A stretch of 64,000 nucleotides of DNA from Eledone cirrhosa (lineage: Eukaryota), in contig OZ024740.1 in assembly GCA_964016885.1 (NCBI GenBank), forward strand, positions 31,434,001 through 31,498,000. Reading direction: 5' to 3'. This document shows, in pieces, positions 53,181 to 64,000 of the stretch; the stretch's first letter is position 1, and each line of letters starts with the position of its first letter. The notes beneath the pieces were generated by a model. The model did no database searches and was not told the origin of the DNA. It saw only the letters and a program-made list of their open reading frames with translations. The translations under genes were made by a program, and so were the position numbers.

Positions 53181-53873
53181 TTATATATATTTATAACATA
53201 CAAATGTTACAGTTCTAGTCCTGTAGAAGCCATTTCTTTATTATAAAATGTATTGAATACCTTTTTTTAACTGTGGTTATCCTCTATAATTACTCAGTAT
53301 CTATATACAGTCTGTTCACATTTTACGCGAACTTGAAGCATGCGAATTCGCTTTAACGCCTCTTGAAAAAATATTATTAAATATTCACTTTGCGTGAATA
53401 ACGTACTATAATGCGTGTGGTTTTTTATTTTTTCATTTATCTGAAACATTAGACTTGAATTATGCAAATTTACTTTACGCACCATGTTCATGAATGCATA
53501 TTCGTGTAAAAAGTGAACACACTGTATATATGTATATATCATCATCATCATTTAACGTCCATCTTCCACGCTAGCATGGGTTAGACGGTTTTGTTCCACT
53601 TGATGCGGGATTGGTTGGGAGTCCGTATCTCGCTCGTACAGAACTATATATATATATATAAACACACACACACACATGCATATTCATACTTATGCATAAG
53701 TATGAATATGTATGTGTATGTGTGTGTGGTCCCATTACATTAACATTTTATTAATGATATGGATACTCTATACTGTGTACTATATGCAACACAATTGATT
53801 ATATAATATGCATGTTTTTAAAAGTATTTGAATATTTCTTCTATTTTCTTGCTTGAAATTGAATCCAATGAAG

Positions 53874-53999
53874 CATCTCTTGGGGATTTAGATGAAAGAG
53901 AAGTGGCTGAACTGTGTTTGGTTCTACTTGCTGGTTACAAGGGATCTATAGCAGTTCAAACTGCAGCTCTTCAAACTTTGAGCCAATTATTTCAATCAG
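53874..53999 (+). CDS. LRRK2: LRRK2-like gene exon F (126 bp, phase 1-1; acceptor uncertain)
   Basis: The first AG after the pyrimidine tract is aag; donor gtacat. Encodes SLGDLDEREVAELCLVLLAGYKGSIAVQTAALQTLSQLFQS. Confidence 0.75.
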
Positions 54000-54712
54000 G
54001 TACATATTATTCTCATTGAGTAAATACTTCTAACCCTTTAGATACCAGCCTGTTCTATGAAACAAAATCACCCATTTTAAAGGGTTCCTATTTTAATTAA
54101 AAATTTTCCAACATAATTTTATATAAGAACCATATGTTAAATTACTATCTTAGTAATGAAATAATAATTAATTTTAGGAAATCATTGAAAATTCTTTATT
54201 AATGAAATGAAATAGAGTGTTTCATAAGAAATACAGTCAAGAAAGGGTTAAGTAATTATAGTTTTTGTTTATTTATAAAAGGTGATGCAATAAATATCCA
54301 AGGTAATCAACATGGGTGATATACTAGTTGAAGACCAACAAGTTCAAAAATAGATTTGATAAATATATTAGAACAATTCAAAGCATTTGTTCCATATGTA
54401 GAAAAGATGTACTGTAAATGAACCACTCCTATTGTCCATCAGCCAGAAAACTAATAATATTAAAATATTTCCAGGGATATCTGTATGAATTCTTGTTGAT
54501 CAATAACCTCGTTAGTCCTGCTTAAACAGAGCAGATTTTAGAATATCTTTATAAATGAGTTGACAGCAGAAACTTAAAATAGACATGGTTTGAATGACAA
54601 CTAAACAATATGAAATTTAATGCACACCTTCTGCATGAATTTTTGGAGTTTGTTCCAACTGTTACCAGTTGTAAAGTGGTTCCTGCTTTCACTTAGTCTA
54701 TGGTACTTTATC

Positions 54713-55035
54713 CCTGGCTTAGTGGTTAGAGGATTGGGCTTGCAATTGTGAGTTTGTGAGTTTGATTCCCAGACCATGTGATGTGTTGTGTCCTTGAGCA
54801 AGATGCTTTATTTCATGTTACTCCAGTTTACTCAGCTGGAGAAATGAGTTGCGACATCCTTAGTGCCAAGTTGTATCAGCCATTGTTTTTCCCTTGGACA
54901 ACATTGGTGGTGTGGAGAGACTGGTATATATGGGTAACTGCTGGTCTTCCACAAACAACCTTGCCTGAACTTGGGCCTTGGAGGGGAACTTTCTAGATAC
55001 AAATCTCATGGTCATTCGTGAGGGTCTTTACCTTT
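54713..55035 (+). mobile_element. tRNA-headed SINE (different 3' part)
   Basis: tggctttagtggttag A box and gtgtccttgagcaag body. Confidence 0.7.
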
Positions 55036-56861
55036 TAGCACATCAATGATTATAACAGCTCGAGCAGAGATAATTTATACAGAGTTATAAAATGTTTGTC
55101 TTTAATTCAGAAAGCACAAGGCATATGTGTATTAGGTATGGAAAGGGTTGAAAGAGATTTGGAACAACCTAAACATTATTCAAAGACTGATCAAGCATGT
55201 TTACATATACACAATAGATTAGGTCATATAGTGTAACAAATAATTAATAATGTTTATAGCCAAGCAAAATATCAGAAAATAAAAACTATTTTAATAGCCT
55301 TTGAGTTAAGAATAAACTTTTAGATTTTTATGTCTAGAGTTGTAAATATGCAGTGTTGTATCTTTTCCATTTTATTAGAACAAACTAGAAAAATAAACCT
55401 TTGTAATTTATTTTGTGTTGGCAAAACTTTAATTTGTGATTTATTAGTATATACAATAAGTAAAGTTAAGCTATAATGGGGTGAACCCACCTTTAATCAA
55501 GCTATGATGAGGTGAACCCACCTTTAATGAAGCTATGATGACGTGAACCCACTTTTAACCAAGTCTTTTCCTGATCTCAACTTTTGAGGTTTTCAGCATA
55601 AACTTATTTTTGTCCCATAGAGTCTTTATCTTTCCAGTAGAAAGATGAAATCACAAAAATCAAAATACTTTGATGGATAAACTGTAGATCTTGCTGTCAT
55701 ATTTGTTTTAATATTGTCTACCTCTTTAAATATCACTTTCCCCTCAAGACATAGGCATACAGAGATATATGGAAAGAGTACGAGTGTCAGCTGAAAAATT
55801 CATCAGCTGACCAAGATACTCTCATGGAAAGACACAATGCAGTTATTAATAAGAAGAGTTGAAATTAAAGCCGGCAAGATTTCACGACTCTAGCATCACT
55901 CCCACAGCTTATGAACTTTCCAGCTGACCCTCGTATAATGCCTGACATTCACACTTTTCGTAAAGACAATAGCAGCCCAAGAATATTGGTTTTATCTAGG
56001 AGTTAAAACTAGCTACAAACGTGGCTTATCTGGAGCTTATCTTCTGCTGCATAGTACTAATCTTATACTTTAACACTTTAGCATTCACATTACACTATAT
56101 ATACTATTATATTTTCATGGTAAAGGCTTTACCTCACATAATATTTCACATAATATCGAATCTATGAGATTTTGAAAGTATTTATTTTGAGAAAAATACC
56201 TTAACATCAGTTTGAGCGACCAGTTACAGCCAGTTTCAACAGAAAGAGGTAGAGAATTCTGGCCAGTTTTGGCCAGTTTGAACATTAAAGGGTTAAATAT
56301 TGATCATCCTTTTCATGTTACTGACACTTTCTGTGTTGAATGTAACAGCTAAACTAACTTGCCCTGTGTTCAATGTCTGACCAACTGCTAATCTAACTAA
56401 AAACCCTACTTTCAGTCAGGCTTCAGTATCCTATTTTGACCTTCACACTTATAGCTATGGTAGGTCGCAAGTTATTGAATCTTTATGAATCAATAATTTT
56501 TATGAATCTTTATGAATTTTTATGAATCAATAAATTTTGTCTCTCCATTTCAAATCCTAATTGAAGAGTTACAGATGGTTATGTTGATGGGAAGTTATAT
56601 TGCTAAAGTATGTGAACTCAAAACTTAGAGAGAGGAAATACTGAATACTCTAAGGCACTTATAGTATTTGTAGAAAGGATACTGTTAATTGAACTACCTT
56701 AGTATATTACTGGTATTTATTTTATAACTACAAGTCATGAAGGACAATGACAAACCCCAGTGCAATTTCAACCCATAAATCATGGTGGAAGAACTTAAAT
56801 AATATTTAGTATGACATTCAGCTCTGTTTTAGTTGTCACCACCACCACCAGGTGGAGATAA

Positions 56862-59800
56862 TGTGTAGTGGAGGTGGTGTGTGGTGGAGATGGTGTGTGG
56901 TGGAGGTGGTGTGGTGGAGGTGGTGTGTGGTGAAGGTGATATGTGGTGGAAGTGGTGTGGTGGAGCTGGTGTGTGGTGGAGGTGGTGTGTGGTGGAGGTG
57001 GTGTGGTGGAGGTGGTGTGTGGTGAAGGTGATATGTGGTGGAAGTGGTGTGTGATGGAGGTGATATGTGGTGGAGGTGGTGTGTGATGGAGGTGATATGT
57101 GGTGGAGGTGGTGTGTGGTGGAGGTGATATGTGGTGGAGGTGGTGTGTGATGGAGGTGGTGTGTGGTGGAGGTGGTGTGTGGTGGAGGTGGTGTGTGGTG
57201 GAGGTGGTGTGTGATGGAGGTGATATGTGGTGGAGGTGGTGTGTGGTGAAGGTGGTGTGTGGTGGAGGTGGTGTGTGGTGGAGGTGATATGCGGTGGAGG
57301 TGGTGTGTGGTGGAGGTGGTGTGTGGTGGTGCGGTGGAGGTGGTGTGTGGTGGAGAGGTGGTGTGTGGTGGAGGTGGTGTGGTGGAGGTGGTGTGTGGTG
57401 GAGGTGATATGCGGTGGAGGTGGTGTGTGGTGGTGGTGGTGAGGTGGAGGGGTGGTGTGTGGTGGAAGTGGTGTGTGGTGGAGGTGGTGTGTGGTGGAGG
57501 TGGTGTGGTGGTGATATGTGGTGGAGGTGGTGTGGTGGAGGTGGTGAGGTGGAGGTGATATGTGGTGGAAGTGGTGTGTGATGGAGGTGATATGTGGTGG
57601 AGGTGGTGTGTGGTGGAGGTGGTGTGTGGTGGAGGTGGTGTGTGGTGGAGGTGGTGTGTGGTGGAGGTGGTGTGTGGTGAAGGTGGTGTGGTGGAGGTGG
57701 TGTGTGGTGGAGGTGGTGTGTGGTGGAGGTGGTGTGGTGGAGGTGGTGTGTGGTGAAGGTGATATGTGGTGGAAGTGGTGTGTGATGGAGGTGATATGTG
57801 GTGGAGGTGGTGTGTGGTGGAGGTGGTGTGTGGTGGAGGTGGTGTGTGATGGAGGTGATATGTGGTGGAGGTGGTGTGTGGTGAAGGTGGTGTGTGGTGG
57901 AGGTGGTGTGTGGTGGAGGTGGTGTGTGGTGGAGGTGGTGTGTGGTGGTGCGGTGGAGGTGGTGTGTGGTGGAGAGGTGGTGTGTGGTGGAGGTGATATG
58001 CGGTGGAGGTGGTGTGTGGTGGAGGTGGTGTGTGGTGGTGCGGTGGAGGTGGTGTGTGGTGGAGAGGTGGTGTGTGGTGGAGGTGGTGTGGTGGAGGTGG
58101 TGTGTGGTGGAGGTGATATGCGGTGGAGGTGGTGTGTGGTGGTGTGGTGGAGGTGGTGTGTGGTGGAGGTGGTGTGTGGTGGTGTGGTGGAGGTGGTGTG
58201 TGGTGGAGGTGATATGCGGTGGAGGTGGTGTGTGGTGGTGGTGGTGTGTGGTGGTGAGGTGGAGGTGGTGTGTGGTGGAGGTGATATGCGGTGGAGGTGG
58301 TGTGTGGTGGTGGTGGTGTGTGGTGGTGAGGTGGAGGTGGTGTGTGGTGGAGGTGATATGTGGTGGAGGTGGTGTGTGGTGGAAGTGATATGTGGTGGAG
58401 GTGTTATGTAGTGGAGGTGATATGTGGTAGAGGTGATATGTGGTGGTGGTGGTCGTGTGTGGTAGAGGTGATATGTGGTGGTGGTGGTGTGTGGAGGTGT
58501 TATGTAGTGGTGGTGGTGGTGTGTGGTGGAGGTGGTGTGTGGTGGTGGTGGTGGTGTGTGGTGGTGTTATGTAGTGGAGGTGGTGTGTGGTGGTGTTATG
58601 TAGTGGTGGAGGTGGTGTGTGGTGGTGGTGGTGGTGTGTGGTGGTGTTATGTAGTGGAGGTGGTGTGTGGTGGTGTTATGTAGTGGTGCAGGTGGTGTTA
58701 TGTAGTGGAGGTGGTGTGTGGTGGTGTTATGTAGTGGAGGTGGTGTGTGGTGGTGTTATGTAGTGGAGGTGGTGTGTGGTGGTGGTGGTGATGTGTGGTG
58801 GTGTTATGTAGTGGTGGAGGTGGTGTTATGTAGTGGAGGTGGTGTGTGGTGGTGTTATGTAGTGGAGGTGGTGTGTGGTGGTGTTATGTAGTGGTGCAGG
58901 TGGTGTTATGTAGTGGAGGTGGTGTGTGGTGGTGTTATGTAGTGGTGGAGGTGGTGTGTGGTGGTGGTGGTGGTGTGTGGAGGTGTTATGTAGTGGTGGT
59001 GGTGGTGTGTGGTGGAGGTGGTGTGTGGTGGTGGTGGTGTGTGGTGGTGTTATGTAGTGGTGGTGGTGTGTGGTGGTGTTATGTAGTGGTGGAGGTGGTG
59101 TGTGGTGGTGTTATGTAGTGGTGGTGGTGTGTGGTGGTGTTATGTAGTGGTGGTGGTGGTGTGTGGTGGTGGTGGTGTGTGGTGGTGTTATGTAGTGGAG
59201 GTGGTGTGTGGTGGTGTTATGTAGTGGTGGAGGTGGTGTGTGGTGGTGGTGGTGGTGTGTGGTGGTGTTATGTAGTGGTGGAGGTGGTGTGTGGTGGTGT
59301 TATGTAGTGGTGGAGGTGGTGTGTGGTGGTGGTGGTGGTGTGTGGTGGTGTTATGTAGTGGAGGTGGTATGTGGTGGTGTTATGTAGTGGTGGTGGTGTG
59401 TGGTGGTGTTATGTAGTGGTGGAGCTGGTGTGTGGTGGTGGTGGTGGTGTGTGGTGGTGGAGGTGGTGTGTGGTGGTGGTGGTGGTGTGTGGTGGTGTTA
59501 TGTAGTGGAGGTGGTGTGTGGTGGTGTTATGTAGTGGAGGTGGTGTGTGGTGGTGGTGGTGGTGTGTGGTGGTGTTATGTAGTGGTGGAGGTGGTGTTAT
59601 GTAGTGGAGGTGGTGTGTGGTGGTGTTATGTAGTGGAGGTGGTGTGTGGTGGTGTTATGTAGTGGAGGTGGTGTGTGGTGGTGTTATGTAGTGGAGGTGG
59701 TGTGTGGTGGTGTTATGTAGTGGAGGTGGTGTGTGGTGGTGGTGGTGGTGTGTGGTGGTGTTATGTAGTGGTGGAGGTGGTGTGTGGTGGTGGTGGTGGT

Positions 59801-60579
59801 GTGTGGTGGTGTTATGTAGTGGTGGAGGTGGTGTGTGGTGGTGGTGGTGGTGTGTGGTGGTGTTATGTAGTGGAGGTGGTGTGTGGTGGTGTTATGTAGT
59901 GGAGGTGGTGTGTGGTGGTGGTGGTGGTGTGTGGTGGTGTTATGTAGTGGTGGAGGTGGTGTTATGTAGTGGAGGTGGTGTGTGGTGGTGTTATGTAGTG
60001 GAGGTGGTGTGTGGTGGTGTTATGTAGTGGAGGTGGTGTGTGGTGGTGGTGGTGGTGTGTGGTGGTGTTATGTAGTGGTGGAGGTGGTGTGTAGTGGTGG
60101 TGGTGGTGTGTGGTGGTGTTATGTAGTGGAGGTGGTGTGTGGTGGTGGTGGTGGTGTGTGGTGGTGTTATGTAGTGGTGGAGGTGGTGTGTGGTGGTGGT
60201 GGTGGTGTGTGGTGGTGTTATGTAGTGGAGGTGGTGTGTGGTGGTGTTATGTAGTGGTGGAGGTGGTGTGTGGTGGTAGTGGTGGTGTGTGGTGGTGTTA
60301 TGTAGTGGTGGTGGTGTGTGGTGGTGGTGGTGGTGGTGTGTGGTGGTGTTATGTAGTGGTGGAGGTGGTGTGTAGTGGTGGTGGTGGTGTGTGGTGGTGT
60401 TATGTAGTGGTGGAGGTGGTGTGTAGTGGTGGTGGTGGTGTGTGGTGGTGTTATGTAGTGGTGGAGGTGGTGTGTGGTGGTGGTGGTGGTGTGTGGTGGT
60501 GTTATGTAGTGGTGGTGGTGGTGTGTGGTGGTGTTATGTAGTGGTGGTGGTGTGTGGTGGTGTTATGTAGTGGTGGTGA
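56862..60579. repeat. 3.7 kb G/T-rich cryptic array built on GTG/GAG units
   Basis: Directly visible; the source of the V/W/C/G ORFs. Confidence 0.97.
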
Positions 60580-61138
60580 TACGATTAGACTGAACACTTG
60601 ACTGATTAATTACATTGATAAAGTATTTAGTAAGAGTTAGAAACATTAATTCAAGTGTTAATTAGTGATTCAATAAAATTTAAATTGGCTGTTGTTGTTG
60701 TTGGTATTATTTAACCCAAGGTCAACTCTGATTGAGCAGGCTTATGATCAATTATATTCCAACCAAGACCTACCTTTTTTCCTGTGTGCTGAGAACTACA
60801 TTATCCTATGTATCCTTGACTAAAACAATATTGGTGTGATTCAAGAGAGATGGCTGCTATTTCTAGCATATTGAGTGACTACATTGAGGCTACCATGTTG
60901 GCTTGTTTTGATTGGTATTCACATGTAGTAACATGATATGAACCACAAAAATGTAGTCCCGGATATATGATATCTTAACAAAAGGCAAGATTGTCATGAT
61001 TGTAACAACTTTGATCATACTACAAGTCATTAATACATAACTGGGACTAACCAACAACAACTTTCTGCCTTAGTAATAAATACTTACTGATTAATTATTG
61101 ATATTCTTCTTTTTGTTTTTTCTCTGCTTCTTTTGTAG

Positions 61139-61267
61139 ATGTTCTTCCTCTACATTTTTTTGTATTAAATTTACATATACTTGATGCCTTGTGTTTCCAA
61201 ACCCTTTTAAAGCAGGACATTTTTGAAGCTGTCCTTCCAATTTACAGCTTTGTATCATGCAGTTCAG
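61139..61267 (+). CDS. LRRK2: LRRK2-like gene exon G (129 bp, phase 1-1)
   Basis: Strong acceptor tctctgcttcttttgtag, donor gtaaaa, open in the required frame. Confidence 0.65.
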
Positions 61268-62384
61268 GTAAAATATTATTTTACATCCATTTTTCTCTGT
61301 GGTTAGAATTGTTTGGGGCAAGCCAGTACAAGAAATAAATGAATGAAAATGATTGTTAGGTAAGAAAAATAAAACTGTCATTTACCTTATGATATTATGG
61401 AGTTAGGACAATTTTTTCAAAAGAATGAAAATGAAGTATGATTGCGATAGTGATCTGAGTTCCTCTGTATATATCTATATCCTAACCTGAAAATATCATG
61501 AAATATATGATAAAAGTGTAAACTGTTTTTTTTTAAATTATTATTTTACTCTTATTTATACTCCTAATCCATACCATTGGCTTCATTGTATCATTTTTAT
61601 TAGCTCTTTTACCACAGACCCATGCTAGCGTGGAAAATGGACGTTAAACGATGATGATGATGATGATATATGTGTGTGTGAATAAATGAAGTAATTCCGT
61701 CGGAGAGGTCCAGTAAAAAAGAGTGCTCTATGTAGGTTACAGAGCTTATTAGTTATGTAATAAACAATATAAGATAATTATTTCATTTACCAGTGGTTTC
61801 TTGAAAGCAAACAAATCTGCTTTCTGTCAGAATGAAAAAATCCTGGTGTTTTTATTGAATGTGGATTTAAAAACAAAAATATAAGGAATATGAAAGTGAG
61901 GCTCAGGGAAGAAGAAAAAAGATTATAAATATATAAGTAATTAAACACACAGATACCCCCCACACACATACATATATATATACATACACATACACATAAA
62001 TAATAAATACACAAACACACACACACACATATATATATATATACACAGATACATACATATATATACACACACACATAATTATAAAAATAAGTAAAGATAA
62101 ATAAACAAACATATGCACACTTGACCATGCGCATATACTAAAATAAGCAGTTACATCAACTGGCCAAGATAAATCAGTAAAAAATAAAGTCAAATATAAA
62201 AATAAAATATATATATAAGTATAAAATATATATATGAAATATATAAAATATATAAAATATATATATAAAATATATAAGTAAAACATTTCGTTTTAATCAT
62301 TTTCTAACCCAGAAAAAAGAGAGAGAGAAACAAAAAAGGAAAAAAAAATATTTTTCTTCCTAATAATCGTCTCTTTCTCCCTAT

Positions 62385-62426
<42 letters not shown>

Positions 62427-62672
62427 GCGATGACACAGGATCGAGATCTCTGGCATTATGCAGTAATACAGAGGGCCCGCATTCCCATGTGCACGGGTTG
62501 AAGCATACATCTTGTATGAACTACCTTCCATACACCTCCACATCCTAATAATGCTCCCTTTGTCCACATCCCCCCTCTTGCACATCCAATGTCATAATCC
62601 TCCACCCATGCCCAAACACTCTGCCCCCTCACACACGTCCCTAGATATACCCCCCCCCCCCTCATCCAAATC

Positions 62673-63495
62673 CCCATCCCACACCATAAAGTGGTTGTGC
62701 TGGTGACACAACAAAAAGTACCCATCCCACACTGTAAAGTGGTTGTGATGGTGACAACAAAAAGTACCCATCCCACACTGTAAAGTGGTTGTGATGGTGA
62801 CAACAAAAAGTACCCATCCCACACTGTAAAGTGGTTGTGATGGTGACAACAAAAAGTACCCATCCCACACTGTAAAGTGGTTGTGATGGTGACAACAAAA
62901 AGTACCCATCCCACACTGTAAAGTGGTTGTGATGGTGACAACAAAAAGTACCCATCCCACACTGTAAAGTGGTTGTGATGGTGACAACAAAAAGTACCCA
63001 TCCCACACTGTAAAGTGGTTGTGATGGTGACAACAAAAAGTACCCATCCCACACTGTAAAGTGGTTGTGATGGTGACAACAAAAAGTACCCATCCCACAC
63101 TGTAAAGTGGTTGTGATGGTGACAACAAAAAGTACCCATCCCACACTGTAAAGTGGTTGTCTAGGTGACACAACAAAAAGCACCTATCCCACACTGTAAA
63201 GTGGTTGTGTAGGTGACACAACAAAAAGCACCTATCCCACACTGTAAAGTGGTTGTGTAGGTGACATAACAAAAAGCACCCAGCACACACTGTAAAGTGG
63301 TTGTGCTGGTGACACAACAAAAAGTACCCATCCCACACTGTAAAGTGGTTGCGATGGTGACACAACAAAAAGCACCCATCCCACACTGTAAAGTGGTTGC
63401 GATGGTGACAACAAAAAGCACCCATCCCACACTGTAAAGTGGTTGTGTAGGTGACACAACAAAAAGCACCCATCCCACACTGTCAATGTGGTTGG
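62673..63495. repeat. 46/48-bp minisatellite (~17 copies) inside a SINE (SINE ends at 63646)
   Basis: Unit cccatcccacactgtaaagtggttgtgatggtgacaacaaaaagta; runs directly into the SINE core aggaagggcatccag. Confidence 0.95.
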
Positions 63496-64000
63496 TGTTA
63501 GGAAGGGCATCCAGCCATAGAAATGAAGTTAAAACCAGTTCTGTATGAGCAAGACATGGTCATCAGACCTGGCTTGTCTCACATTGGGGAAACTCATCTA
63601 ACCCATGCTAGTGTGGAAAAATGGACATCAAACGGTGATGATGATGCACCTCAACAGCTGAATTAACAATGCGACTTCATCAGTGATTTGTCCAAGCTCC
63701 CTGTAAAGATGTACAATCCAATGCTTTTGCATACTACTATTATAGTAGTAGCCACAATAGTTAAAGCAGACAATATCACCATCAGACCAGTTGGTAGGAA
63801 AGAATTCAAAAATATTATTCTGGCACCTGAGGCACTCAACTAGTTTATGATAAACTAGGAGCCATATATATATATAAATTTTGAGTATGTGTTGGTTGTT
63901 ATACCAACACCTCAGTATGCAGGTAGGAGCACTCAACGAAATGCGCAGGTTGGTTTGTTCACTCCGGAGTAATGTAAAATAATAAGTTAAGTCAAGCATG

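Noticed and set aside
57099-60541. V/W/C/G-rich ORFs
   Set aside because: Low-complexity array lacking stops by composition.
61184-61216. Alternative acceptors for exon G (cttg|atgcc, aagcag|gac)
   Set aside because: The first is non-canonical TG and the second gives the wrong phase; the upstream AG at 61138 is strong and in frame.
62456-63510. Cys/His-rich repeat ORFs (CCHHHNHF...)
   Set aside because: Translations of a 46-bp SINE-derived minisatellite that cycles through the frames; no start or splice context.
63628-63999. 123-aa minus-strand ORF at the window edge
   Set aside because: No recognisable motif; it overlaps a SINE tail and a TA run.

Overview
AT-rich, repeat-dense animal genomic DNA. 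The SINE/RTE repertoire and long (TA)n/(CA)n tracts suggest an octopus-like cephalopod (inference). One host gene is supported. Seven small + strand exons (29678-61267) splice in consistent phase into an armadillo-type N-terminus whose sequence and intron positions/phases match vertebrate LRRK2 as I recall it; the gene continues past the window. The rest is mostly decayed mobile DNA: three copies of one Gypsy family, two other LTR relics, a near full-length CR1 LINE, RTE and CRE-like LINE fragments, Penelope GIY-YIG/RT fragments, three DD37D (maT) Tc1/mariner copies, MITEs, a Helitron-like element, many SINEs, two minisatellites and a 3.7 kb G-rich array. The most unusual signal is a set of near-perfect fold-back palindromes at (TA)n tracts, the largest being zero-spacer 350 and 406 bp ones. 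These two carry hammerhead-ribozyme motifs on both strands, one of them a canonical minimal type I hammerhead, and further hammerhead relics lie in the same LRRK2-like introns. Coordinates were read by eye and no searches were run.
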